A stretch of DNA of 64,000 nucleotides from Desulfobacterium sp. (GCA_034007745.1 JAVEQI010000001.1:118531-182530), one strand, 5' to 3'. Positions 1 to 10,525 are shown, counted from the first letter of the stretch. Notes: generated by a model from the letters alone, not told the origin. Program-made: numbers and translations.

Positions 1-473
1 TCAAGTCAGCCACCTGCACACCTGCCGACAAGAAGGCCTGTGAGGCCCTTGCAGCTGCTGCCGGAATCGCAGACACCCAGGCCCTGGGAATGGAGATGTT
101 CAAGGTGAAGTCGGCTGTTGACGGAACCCCTGTTCGTGAACTTGTTCTCCGTGACTACAAGGATTTTAACATGAACGGCAAAAAGGTCGGGATCGGCCAG
201 CTCGAGGTTGTAGATCTGTCCATACTTGACAAGGTCAAGGCAGATCTTGCAAAGGACATAATTGCCCTCAAAAAAGAAGGAAATCGCCACAGCGTTTTTC
301 TCCTCCTTACCGATATCATCCAGGAAGGATCTGAGGTTCTCATCGCATCCGACGACGAGTCTGTTATTAAAAAGGCATTTGGCGAGACCCCCAAGGACGG
401 CAAAGTATGGCTTAAAGGCGTCATGAGCCGCAAAAAACAGGTCGTTCCCAACCTTGAGAAAGCCTTTGCCTAA
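1..473 (+). CDS. 3' end of a CDS that begins upstream of the window; function not recognised
   Basis: The frame of ORF 90..473 stays open back to nt 3 (KSATCTPADKKACEALAAAAG...). Stop TAA is at 471-473, followed by a hairpin plus T-run. Confidence 0.4.
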   Translation, partial: KSATCTPADKKACEALAAAAGIADTQALGMEMFKVKSAVDGTPVRELVLRDYKDFNMNGKKVGIGQLEVVDLSILDKVKADLAKDIIALKKEGNRHSVFLLLTDIIQEGSEVLIASDDESVIKKAFGETPKDGKVWLKGVMSRKKQVVPNLEKAFA

Positions 474-500
474 GCTGTAATTAAACCATAAAAAATTAAA

Positions 501-540
501 GAGCCCGGCAAAGTTCATCTTTCCGGGCTCTGTTTATTTA
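501..540 (+). terminator. Rho-independent terminator
   Basis: GAGCCCGG (501-508) pairs with CCGGGCTC (523-530), followed by TGTTTATTT. Confidence 0.6.
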
Positions 541-606
541 AAAAAGAATAATGTTGGATATCATACCAAGGGTTTGCCACGAAAACAAAAGGGATCAGGT
601 ATCAAA

Positions 607-2685
607 TCACTCAACAAGCTCTTTCACCTCCTCCAGCTTAGATCGTTCATAGCAAATCAATCCACATCTCAGACAGCGCTCTGCCTCCTTAACCGCTGTT
701 TCATCGCTGAACCCCTTATACATCTCTTGATCGCTTCTCTTGGAGACGCTGAACGTATCCACCGCTGGCATAATATTTCGGGGTGAAATATGAACCCCCT
801 CCAGGTGATTGACGCCCTGGAGTATGCTCTGCCTGGTTATGAGATTTGGAGGATAGTCGGGCAGGTTTCCGTAAAGAAGATGATGGATGGATGCTGCGGC
901 CTTACGCCCCCCGTTTATGGCTTCTATTGCGGAACTATAACCGCTGATCACATCCCCCTTGGAAAGCAACCCCTTTTCCCGACGATTTGCAGGCTCCTTA
1001 TAAATCTCAATTCCTTCCCACCTTAAAATTCCTGACTGGGATTCATCCTTTTTCTCTCCAGCGTTCAAAATTTCAGATCGGACAAACACAAGCTCTGGAA
1101 AACGACCGGACGACAGAAAAAGAGTGTCTGTAGGCAGAATATGGGGTTTCCCAGTATCAAGCTCAGTGTATTCGATATGGGTTAAGCGATCCTGCTCCCC
1201 GTAGAGCCTTGTAATACCGGTATTGTACTTTACCGTTGCACCCCTTGACTCTATGGCCGCCAGGGTTTTGGCGTCATAGGAGGATCTTTCCGGAGGTTTT
1301 CTGGAGATAACGGTAATGGTTTCAGCCCCAAGTTCCTTGCATATTTTGACAGCGCCGGGAATCATAACACCACCGCCTGCAATCACTACATTGCGCCCAC
1401 AGGGAACTCTTTCTCCTCTTTTAATGTCCGTACGAAGAAGGTCGATCAGCAAATAACCTCCGGGAAAAACAGTTGCAAGATCTGCCACATCACCCCTTGC
1501 GAGCCTGTTGTCCCAACCGCCGGTTGCCGTAAATACGGCCTCAAAGCCCTCCCTGAGGAGGGAGGGGATTGTAAAGTCACGACCTGCCTTTGTGCTCATC
1601 CGGGTTTTAACCCCCATCTCAAGCACCCCTTCTATGTCCCAGTCAAGAACGCTCTGGGGCAGACGACCTTCAGCGATAGCTACACGGAGAAGGCCTCCCA
1701 GGATTGCTGTTGATTCAAACACGACTGGAGAATGACCAAGCCTTGCCGTAAAAAATGCAGCGGAAAGGCCCTCTACCCCACCACCAATAACGGCCACCCG
1801 TTTCCCCGTTGCAGGCGCCTTACAGGGCTGAACCCGTTCACCAAGGTTCATTTCAATATCACAGGCATAACGCTTCAAGTGATTGATGGCTACGGGTTCA
1901 TCAAGATACCTGCGGCGGCATGCCACCTCACAAAGGGCTGGACATATACGACCGATAACAGTTGGGAAGGGGTTTCTCTCTTTAATCACCCGGACGGCTC
2001 CCTGGGGATCGTTGTGCCGGATCAAGCGCACGTACTCCCGGATATCTATACCTGCGGGACAGGCCCGCTGGCAGGGTGTCACACACTCATCTTCTGTATA
2101 TTCGCTGATTATTCTACGGGTCACCGAAGAGAGCCGGATTATATTTTTAGGGCAGACACGCTCACAGGCCCCGCAGCCGGTACACTTTTCGAGATCCACC
2201 TTGGGAAGGGAGTCCTCACCCATGGACAAGGCCCCGAACTGACAGGCCGCAACACAACTCCCAAGACCTAGGCAGCCTATATTACACACCTTCATGCCAC
2301 CCGATAGAAGGGCCGCGGCCCTGCAATCAGAAAGCCCGTCATAAATATACTTTATATCCGTATCTTCAATGCTGTAATGACAACCGGGAAGGGCAAGATC
2401 AGGCTCCTTAGCCTCGATGGAGACGCCCAGAAGGGAGGCTATGGCATCGGCCACTTCAGGACCTGCTGCAACGCAGGAATCCGGCGAAGATTTACCATCG
2501 ACAATGGCCTGGGCGTTTGGTGCACAGCCTGGAAATCCGCATCCTCCGCAGTTGGCTCCAGGAAGAGCATCATCAATTGCCTCCACTAGGGGGTCCACAT
2601 ACACATAAAACATTTTTGATGCAAAGGCCAGACCGCTGCCGATAACTACTCCCAAACCACCCATCACAAGAACAGCTTCAATCAT
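607..2685 (-). CDS. Membrane-anchored RnfB-like Fe-S / polyferredoxin / GltD-like NAD(P)H flavin oxidoreductase fusion
   Basis: N-terminus MIEAVLVMGGLGVVIGSGLAFASKMFYV is a TM helix like RnfB. CGGCGFPGC is an RnfB-type Fe-S motif. There are several CxxCxxCxxxCP motifs. Rossmann motifs VAVIGGGVEGLSAA and VVIAGGGVMIPG are typical of the glutamate synthase small-subunit family. I moved the start to ATG 2685 (GGAGG 6 nt upstream) because the longer ORF would read through a REP-like repeat. Confidence 0.8.
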   Translation of the reverse strand: MIEAVLVMGGLGVVIGSGLAFASKMFYVYVDPLVEAIDDALPGANCGGCGFPGCAPNAQAIVDGKSSPDSCVAAGPEVADAIASLLGVSIEAKEPDLALPGCHYSIEDTDIKYIYDGLSDCRAAALLSGGMKVCNIGCLGLGSCVAACQFGALSMGEDSLPKVDLEKCTGCGACERVCPKNIIRLSSVTRRIISEYTEDECVTPCQRACPAGIDIREYVRLIRHNDPQGAVRVIKERNPFPTVIGRICPALCEVACRRRYLDEPVAINHLKRYACDIEMNLGERVQPCKAPATGKRVAVIGGGVEGLSAAFFTARLGHSPVVFESTAILGGLLRVAIAEGRLPQSVLDWDIEGVLEMGVKTRMSTKAGRDFTIPSLLREGFEAVFTATGGWDNRLARGDVADLATVFPGGYLLIDLLRTDIKRGERVPCGRNVVIAGGGVMIPGAVKICKELGAETITVISRKPPERSSYDAKTLAAIESRGATVKYNTGITRLYGEQDRLTHIEYTELDTGKPHILPTDTLFLSSGRFPELVFVRSEILNAGEKKDESQSGILRWEGIEIYKEPANRREKGLLSKGDVISGYSSAIEAINGGRKAAASIHHLLYGNLPDYPPNLITRQSILQGVNHLEGVHISPRNIMPAVDTFSVSKRSDQEMYKGFSDETAVKEAERCLRCGLICYERSKLEEVKELVE

Positions 2686-2745
2686 GGCTACCTCCGTATT
2701 TTTTTTATGTGAAACGCGATATGAACTTCCATACGGCGACCGACA

Positions 2746-2770
2746 AGGGCAATTCACGAATTACCCCTAC
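2746..2770. repeat. REP-like palindromic repeat, family B (AGGGCAATTCACGAATTACCCCTAC)
   Basis: One of four related intergenic copies; the others are at 10841, 24673 and 42371. Confidence 0.6.
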
Positions 2771-2788
2771 AACCATCCACCACTTAAA

Positions 2789-2806
2789 AGCTGTTAGCTT
2801 TTAGGT
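2789..2806. repeat. AGCTGTTAGCTTTTA motif, family C
   Basis: The 15-nt core is identical to 28913-28927 and near-identical to the core of the 50544..50578 copy. Confidence 0.5.
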
Positions 2807-2996
2807 TACGCCTAAAGCATAACTCCTAAGTAGCTATGCACCCCTCGGCTTTTATAATAAGGCAATCAGAAAATGTCAACGATATCATTAAAAAAACGAA
2901 GATGATCGTGTTGACATTCCCCTGGTAATCCTGTACCTATAAACAATTATTTTTTCATCATTTTTTTTGAGACAACCCCTCTGGTGAGGACATATA

Positions 2997-5780
2997 ATGA
3001 AGAACATGACCCACGTAGATAGTAAGCACAAAATGGTTATCGACAACAAGCCCTCTGCGTTTGAACCCGGCGAAACCATTCTGGACGTTGCCCTTCGCAA
3101 CAGCATTTATATCCCGACCCTGTGCCACCTCAAGGGGGCCACCCCAACCGGCGCATGCAGGATCTGTGTTGTCGAGGTTACGGGAGCACCCAACCTTGTT
3201 CCGGCATGTGCAACACCTGCGGCAGACGGTATGGTCGTCCTGAGCGAATCCCGGGAGGTAATTGAAGCCAGAAGATCCATAATACGCCTCATGCTTTCGT
3301 CCGGCCACCACAACTGTGCCATTCGGGACTTTGACACCAAGGATTGGACCCAGTTTCAGCTGAAGGTGTTAGAGGAGGATGGTGAACAGGATCTCTGCCC
3401 CGTCTGGGGGGACTGCAAACTTCAGGATCTTGCCTACAGATACCAGGTAAAAGCAAGGGGGCTTCCCCAGTCCCGGAGCAAATACCCCATGGAAAGGGTC
3501 AATCCTTTTATTATAAGGGATTTTTCCCGCTGTATCCTCTGCGGCCGCTGTGTCCAGGCATGCAGGGAGATCCAGGTGAACAATGCCATTGATTTTGGAT
3601 ACCGGGGTACCGACACCAAGATCATTGCAGGTACAGATGTGGCCCTCAAGGATTCAGACTGTGTCTTTTGCGGTGAATGCGTGGATGCCTGCCCGGTTGG
3701 AGCCATTATAACCGACCGTGCCATGAAACCAGAACGCTTTGTTGCAACCCGGAAGGTTCGCTCCACCTGCTCCTATTGCGGAGTCGGCTGCCAGATTGAA
3801 ATGAGCGTTCAGAAAAACCGGATTATCAGGATTACCGGGGCAGGCCGTATCCCCCCCAACTACGGCAGCCTGTGCGTCAAGGGCAGATTCGGGTTTGACT
3901 TTGTGGCTTCACCCGAGCGGCTAACCTCACCCATGATACGAAAAAACGGGGTCCTGGAAGGGACGACCTGGGATGAGGCTATTAATTTTATTGCTAAAAA
4001 TCTCACCCAAACTAAGAACGATCATGGGGCAGACTCCATCGGAGTCCTTACCTCGGCCCGCACTACCAACGAGGAGAACTACATAGCCCAGAAATTTACC
4101 CGGGCCGTGCTCAAGACAAACAACATCGACCATTGCGCCCGTCTGTGACATTCTTCAACCGTAGCCGGTCTGGCTGCAGCTTTTGGTTCAGGCGCAATGA
4201 CAAACACCATTGCAGATATTGAAACGGCAGACGTGATCCTTGTAACCGGGTCCAACACCACCGAAAACCATCCAGTTCTTTCCGCCTCTGTAAAGAGGGC
4301 AGCCCTCAAGGGGAAAACACTCATCGTCATAGACCCGAGAAGGATCAAGCTTACCGAACATGCCAGTATCTGGTTAAGACCCGGGCTTGGCACCGACATT
4401 GCCTGGATCAACGGTCTCATGAACGTTATTATCAGTGAAAATCTTTACGACAGGGCCTTTGTTGAGAACCGATGTGAGGGTTTTGAAGAGTTCAAACAAA
4501 CCGTTGAGACTTACACACCGGACTATGTTGAAGCCATAACAGGCATCAATGCCGACGATATCGTCAAGACGGCAAGAATCTTTGCAAAAGCCAAGTGTGC
4601 AAGCATTATTTACTGCATGGGCATCACCCAGCACACAACAGGAACCGACAACGTTAAATCCCTTGCCAACCTTTCCATGCTCTGTGGTTTTATCGGCATC
4701 CCCGGCGGCGGTGTCAACCCATTGAGGGGCCAAAACAACGTCCAGGGTGCCTGCGACATGGGCGGTCTTCCAAACGTGTTCACAGCCTACCAGAGCGTTG
4801 CCGATGGTGCCGCCCGATCAAAGCTTGAAACCGCCTGGGGGGTAAGCAGCCTCAGCCCCACCCCGGGGTTAACGGCAACGGACATGATTGAAAAGGCTGG
4901 AACAGGTGAACTCAAAGCCCTGTACGTGATTGGTGAGAATCCCATGGTTTCAGATCCAGACCTTAACCATGCGGAAAAGGCCCTTGGACGACTCGACCTA
5001 CTTGTGGTACAGGACATTTTCTTGACGGAAACAGCCCAAATGGCCGACGTGGTTTTGCCGGCCTTCTGCTTTGCCGAAAAAGAGGGCACGTTTTCCAACA
5101 CGGAAAGAAGGGTACAGAGGGTAAGAAAAGCGGTAGAGGCTCCTGGATTTGCAAGGGAAGACTGGAGAATCATCTGTGCGATCGCAACCCGCATGGGTTA
5201 CCCCATGAACTACTCCGACAGTGAGGCCATCTTTGAAGAAATCAGGACGGTCACCCCCTCCTATGCCGGCATTACCTATGATCGTATAAAACGGAAGGGG
5301 ATTCACTGGCCATGCCCCACAGAGGAACATCCTGGCACCCCTATACTGCACACCCGGCAGTTTACCCGGGGCAAGGGGCTCTTTCACGCCATCGACCACA
5401 GGCCGTCTGCAGAACTTCCAGACAGTGAATATCCGTTCATGCTCACCACCGGCAGGGTATTATACCACTACCACACGGGAACAATGACCATGAAGAGCCA
5501 GGGACTCAACACCCTTTCACCCGACTGTTTTGTGGAAATATCCGCCAATGATGCGGCAAGGCTGAACCTTACTAACGGCACCATGGTGGATGTTCTCTCC
5601 CGCAGGGGAAAGATCACGGCAAGGATTGCCATATCTACCAAGGCGGTTGACGGAACCCTTTTCATTCCGTTCCACTTTGCAAAGGCCGCAGCCAACAGGC
5701 TCACCAATGCTGCATTGGACCCGGTTGCAAAAATTCCAGAATTCAAGGTTTGTGCCATCAATATACGTAAGGCTGCCTGA
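2997..5780 (+). CDS. fdhA: Formate dehydrogenase catalytic subunit, selenocysteine-containing, cytoplasmic NuoG-like type (N-terminal 2Fe-2S and 4Fe-4S domains plus Mo/W-bisPGD domain)
   Basis: ORFs 2997..4148 and 4197..5780 are in the same frame and separated only by TGA 4146-4148. The context is [29 protein letters not shown], the FDH active-site Sec motif. The N-terminus has CHLKG..GACRICVVEV (2Fe-2S) and CILCGRCVQAC / CVFCGECVDACP. RBS GGTGAGGA is present. Confidence 0.9.
4146..4180 (+). promoter_or_regulatory. UGA-Sec codon plus putative bacterial SECIS hairpin
   Basis: GTAGCC-GGTCT-GGCTGC (4161-4177) lies 13 nt after the UGA. The GGUCU apical loop resembles the E. coli fdhF SECIS. Confidence 0.6.
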
Positions 5781-5821
5781 TTTACGTATATACGCCCAAT
5801 TGAGGAGATGCCCAACTAACT

Positions 5822-5847
5822 GAGACGCCCAGATTGGGCGTCTCTAC
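5822..5847. repeat. REP-like palindromic repeat, family A (GAGACGCCCAGATTGGGCGTCTCTAC)
   Basis: Perfect 10-bp arms GAGACGCCCA / TGGGCGTCTC. Related copies are at 5952 and 42462. Confidence 0.65.
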
Positions 5848-5951
5848 AATAGCCTTCGTGGAACCCTGTTTCGAAATTACGAATTTTATTTTATGAATTT
5901 GCGATGTTGTGACCTGATTATTACAAAACAGATTCCGACCTTTAAAACGCA

Positions 5952-5980
5952 GTAGAGACACCCAATATGGACGCCTCTAC
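5952..5980. repeat. REP-like palindromic repeat, family A (GTAGAGACACCCAATATGGACGCCTCTAC)
   Basis: Imperfect palindrome with a GTAG...CTAC frame, followed by the same AATA tail as copy 5822. Confidence 0.6.
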
Positions 5981-6020
5981 AATATAGTCGTGTCTAATTC
6001 AAAGTCACCGTTGACCCTTA

Positions 6021-7646
6021 TTAATCCATGAAAGGATATCGATAATCCGTGGGGGGCACAAAGGTTTCTTTTACCGTACGTGCGCTGACCCAGCGATAGA
6101 GGTTCAACGGACTTCCTGCCTTGTCGTTGGTGCCGGAGGCCCTGGCACCGCCAAAGGGCTGCTGACCGACAACCGCCCCGGTTGGCTTATCATTAATGTA
6201 AAAGTTGCCCGCCGCATGGGTCAAAACCTTTCTCGCCTTGAGAACGGCAGCTCTATCCGTTGCAAAGATAGCACCGGTCAGGGCGTACTCCGAGGTAGAA
6301 TCGCAAAGCTCAAGGGTCATGTCGTAATCTGCATCCTCATACACATAAATTGTGAGGACCGGCCCGAAAATTTCTTCTTTCATGGTCTTAAAGTCAGGTT
6401 TTTTCGCCACTACTACTGTAGGTTCGACAAAATAACCAACAGAATCGTCAAATCCTCCGCCAGCAATAATTTCGGCATCATCGCTGTTCTTTGCAAACTC
6501 AATATAACCTGTGATGGTGTCAAAGGCGCTCTTATCAATAACGGCATTGACAAAGTTTGAAAAATCCTCTGGCGGCCCCATCTTGATGGTTGCCATTGTC
6601 CCTGTCAGAGTCTCCTTTAATTCCTTCCACATGGAGGCAGGCACATAGGCCCTGGATGCGGCGGAACACTTCTGGCCCTGGTATTCAAAGGCACCTCTTA
6701 TCATTGCGGTGGATACGGCGTCCACGTCTGCCGACTCATGAACAAAGATGAAATCCTTGCCCCCCGTCTCACCGACAATCCTGGGATAACTGCCGTAAAG
6801 TTCAAGGTTGTTTGCCGCAGCCGTCCAGATGTTTCTGAACACCCGGGTTGAACCTGTGAAGTGAACCCCTGCAAAGTCAGGATGATTGATCGCAGGTGTC
6901 CCCACATCAGCTCCCGAACCTGGAATAAAGTTTATAATTCCATCGGGAACACCCGCCTTTCTAAAAATTTCCATGATCAGATGACCGGAATAAACGGCCG
7001 TAGATGCCGGCTTCCAAAGAACCGTATTACCCATCATGGCGGGTGCGGAACAGAGGTTGCCTGCAATGGCGGTAAAGTTGAACGGTGAAATGGCAAATAC
7101 AAACCCCTCAAGGGGCCTGTACTCAAGCTGGTTCCAGATGCCGGGATCGGAAACGGGCTGATCCCTATAAATCTGGGTCGCATAATATGTATTGAATCGC
7201 AAAAAATCGATCAATTCACAGGCAGCGTCAATCTCAGCCTGCATGGCATTCTTTCCCTGACCAAGCATTGTTGCGGCGTTGATCCGCATGCGATAGGGTC
7301 CTGAAATAAGGTCGGCCACCTTTTTAAAGATGGCAAGCCTGTCCTGCCAGGGCATGTGCAGCCATTGCTTTGCGGCGCTCTTTGCCGCATCGGCTGCCAT
7401 TTCCACTTCTTTTTCACCTGCCATGTGATAGGTGGCAAGGGTATGATTGTGGTCATGGGGAACCCGGCAGACGCCCATCTTACCGGTTTTAACCTCTTTA
7501 CCTCCAATTATCAGGGGGATCTCGATTCTATCTGCCCTCATCGTCTCAAGGGCTATTTTTAGTTCTTTACGCTCCAGGCTGCCCGGTCCATAGGCGAGAA
7601 CCTGTTCGTTTTTCGGGGTGTCGATACTGAAAATTGCATTGCTCAT
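6021..7646 (-). CDS. pruA: L-glutamate gamma-semialdehyde (1-pyrroline-5-carboxylate) dehydrogenase
   Basis: 541-aa ALDH-family protein with FEYQGQKCSAASR and VGETGGKDF. The N-terminus is typical of stand-alone P5CDH. Confidence 0.8.
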   Translation of the reverse strand: MSNAIFSIDTPKNEQVLAYGPGSLERKELKIALETMRADRIEIPLIIGGKEVKTGKMGVCRVPHDHNHTLATYHMAGEKEVEMAADAAKSAAKQWLHMPWQDRLAIFKKVADLISGPYRMRINAATMLGQGKNAMQAEIDAACELIDFLRFNTYYATQIYRDQPVSDPGIWNQLEYRPLEGFVFAISPFNFTAIAGNLCSAPAMMGNTVLWKPASTAVYSGHLIMEIFRKAGVPDGIINFIPGSGADVGTPAINHPDFAGVHFTGSTRVFRNIWTAAANNLELYGSYPRIVGETGGKDFIFVHESADVDAVSTAMIRGAFEYQGQKCSAASRAYVPASMWKELKETLTGTMATIKMGPPEDFSNFVNAVIDKSAFDTITGYIEFAKNSDDAEIIAGGGFDDSVGYFVEPTVVVAKKPDFKTMKEEIFGPVLTIYVYEDADYDMTLELCDSTSEYALTGAIFATDRAAVLKARKVLTHAAGNFYINDKPTGAVVGQQPFGGARASGTNDKAGSPLNLYRWVSARTVKETFVPPTDYRYPFMD

Positions 7647-7687
7647 AGGATATACCTTTCTTTAAATTCAAGTAAACATTCGTATTT

Positions 7688-10450
7688 TTATACCTTTTCA
7701 AGGCGCACTGCGCAAGCCTTATACTCTGCAGTAAGTGTAAAGGGATCAAAAACAGGGTTGGTCAACCAGTTTGCACAACCCTCCCTGAAATGAAACCCCA
7801 TCCACACCAATCCCGGAGGAACCTCTTCGGTAACCCTGGCCTTGACCGTAACCTTTCCCCTTCTTGAGGCGACAACGATTTTTTCACCATGGACAACACC
7901 TAACTCCTGGGCATCGGCAAACGAGATGTCGGCTGTCTCTTCGCCCAGAAGATCGTTCAGGCCTTCACACCGCCCTGTCTGGGTTCTGGTATGATAGTGG
8001 TAGAGGCGTCGTCCTGTACTCAAGACAAAGGGATACTCATCGTCGGGCACCTCGGCGGCCGGTGTCCATGTGACGGGGGTGAACGCCCCCCTGCCCGAGG
8101 TAAACATATTTATATGGAGAACTGGGGTTCCTGGATGTTCAACCGTGGGACAGGGCCACTGAAGACCGTCCCTTTCAATGCGGCTGTACTTTATCCCTGC
8201 AAGGGCGGGAGCAAGGGCTGTGACCTCATGGTCCCAGATTTCTCTTGCGTCCATTGACGGCCATGTCTGTCCCATGCGTTTTGCTATCTCCCGGAAAATC
8301 CACCAGTTAGGCATGGCTTTTCCAGGGGCAGCGCTTGCCGTTCTCACCCGGCTCACCCTTCGTTCACTGTTTGTGAATGTTCCGTCATTTTCGCTCCAGG
8401 CGGCTGCGGGTAGTACCACATGGGCAAAACGTGTGGTCTCGTTAAGGAAGATATCCTGGACAACCAGAAACTCGGCCGAACCAAGCTCATGCTCGACCTT
8501 TCTAATATCGGGTTCCGTATTGGCAAGGTTCTCGCCAAAAATATAAAATCCCCGGATAGAACCATCCACAAGACCGTCCATCATCTGGGGAATCATGAGT
8601 CCATTTTTGTCGGGCAGGGAATCTACATTCCAGAACTTCATGAACTTCTCCCTGGCAACTGCGCTTGTCACCGGTTGATACCCGGGAAAAACATTGGGAA
8701 GAGCTCCCATGTCGCAGGCACCCTGGACGTTATTTTGCCCCCTCAGGGGATTTACTCCGCCGCATTCGACCCCCATATTGCCGAGGAGCATCTGGAGATT
8801 GGCCGTGGAGACAACGTTGTTTCGTCCTGAGGTATGTTCCGTTATTCCAAGGGTATAGCATAGCATCAAGGGTTTTACCGATGCAAGCATCCGGGCTGTC
8901 TGAACGATGATATCAGGGTCAATACCACAGATGGCAGCCATCTCTTCGACCGTTGATGCAAGGACAACCCTTTTTAGCTCTTCAAAATTAACGGTTCTTC
9001 CTTCCACAAACGACCGGTCGTAGAGATCCTCCCGGATCAGCACGTTCATCACACCGTTGAGAAAGGCAATGTCACTGCCCACCTGAATGGGAACATGGAG
9101 ATCGGCAAACTCGGTCAATTTATGCTTTCTAGGATCCACCACAATGAGTTTTGCCCCGTTCATCACAGCGTTTTTGAGGAAGGTTGCGGCAACGGGGTGT
9201 GCCTCGGTCATGTTTGACCCTATAACGAGAAACATCTTTGCACGACCAAATTCTTCAAAGGAATTTGTCATGGCGCCTGAACCAAATGCTGTCGCAAGAC
9301 CTGCGACGGTTGGAGCATGTCAGGTCCTGGCGCAGTGGTCGATGTTGTTCGTCTTAAACACCGCCCGAAAGAGCTTCTGCATCTGATAGGAGTCTTCGTT
9401 GATGCTCCTTGCGCAACTCACCCCGGCAAGGGCATCTGGTCCGTCGGTTTCAATAATTTGTGTAAATCGTTCAACAACAAGGTTCAGCGCCTCATCCCAG
9501 GAGGCCTCCCTGAAGTTTTCGCCCTCCCGGATTAGAGGTGTCTTGATCCTCTCCTCGGAATATATGAAGTCATAACCGAATCTTCCCTTTACGCAGAGTC
9601 GTCCCTGGTTTGGCTCAGCATTTTCGGCCCCGGTAACCTTGACGATGGTTCCGTCTTTGACGTGGAGGATCTGCTGGCAACCCACCCCGCAATAGGGGCA
9701 GGTGGTTCTTATCTGCCGCATCTCCCATGGCCGCCCCTTATTTCCGACCTTTTTTTCAAAAAGAGCGCCCACAGGGCAGGCCTGGATACATTCACCGCAA
9801 AATACACACTCGGAATCCTTGAGGGGCACATCGGTTCCAGCTATAATTTTTGCATCAGACCCCCGGTAACCGAAGTCGATGGCATTGTTCACCTGAACCT
9901 CCCGGCAGGCCTGAACACAGCGACCGCAGAGGATGCAGCGGGAAAAATCCCTGACAATAAGAGGGTTTTCCGTCTCCATGGGAAACCTGCACTCGGCAAG
10001 GGGAATCCCCTTTGCCTTAACCTGATACTTGAAGGCAATTTCCTGGAGTCGACAATCTCCCCAGGCAGGGCAAAGGGCCTGGTTCTCGTCTTGCTCCAAC
10101 TGCCTGAGCTGGTTCTCGGTCCAATTTTTTGTATCAAAATCCTTGATCTCACAATTGTGGTTTCCCGATGACAGCATCAACCTGAGGATGGTTCTGCGAG
10201 CCTCTACCACCTCGAATGATTCCGTTTCAACAACCATTCCCGACCTTGCAGGCTCGGCACAGGAAGGAAGAAGGTTCTTTGCCCCCTTAACCTCCACCAC
10301 ACAAATCCTGCAGGCACCCGTGGGGATGGTACCCTTGAGATGGCACAAGGTGGGAATATCAATGCCATTGGCTATTGCCACCTCAAGAATTGTCTGGCCC
10401 GTTTCAAAGGTCACATCCCGGTTATTAATGACCATTCGATTATCTGTCAT
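7688..10450 (-). CDS. fdhA: Formate dehydrogenase catalytic subunit, selenocysteine-containing; paralogue of 2997..5780
   Basis: ORFs 9320..10450 and 7688..9271 are in the same frame and joined by TGA (plus-strand tca 9320-9322). The context is [29 protein letters not shown]. Domain order matches the first copy and similarity by eye is high. RBS GGGAGG is present. Confidence 0.9.
9285..9322 (-). promoter_or_regulatory. UGA-Sec codon plus putative SECIS hairpin
   Basis: On the minus strand GTCGCA-GGTCT-TGCGAC (9307..9291) forms a perfect 6-bp stem with a GGUCU loop, 13 nt after the UGA. Confidence 0.65.
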
Positions 10451-10483
10451 TCAAAATACCTCCCTGTATTTTTTTGCGAGAAA

Positions 10484-10525
10484 CTCCTTCCAGAGCCTCA
10501 CCATCGGTAGAGTTTCACTGTTCTA
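10484..10525 (-). promoter_or_regulatory. Conserved leader motif upstream of fdhA copy 2 (hairpin GTAGA..TCTAC then CCGATGG-N7-CTGGAAGGAG); possible Moco/Tuco-riboswitch 3' half
   Basis: It shares CCGATGG...C(T/A)GG(G)AA(A)GG(G)AG with the leader of the divergent Tat-FDH at 10962-10984. Confidence 0.3.

Noticed and set aside
2686-2757. 24-codon N-terminal extension of ORF 607..2757 (MNCPCRSPYGSSYRVSHKKNTEVA).
   Set aside because: It reads into a family-B REP-like repeat and has no RBS. ATG 2685 has GGAGG and gives the canonical RnfB-like N-terminal TM helix.
2911-2943. TTGACA at 2911, considered as a -35 box for fdhA copy 1.
   Set aside because: The best -10 (TATAAA) is 21 nt away, and the 17-nt-spaced hexamer (TACCTA) is poor. 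This is not enough to call a promoter.
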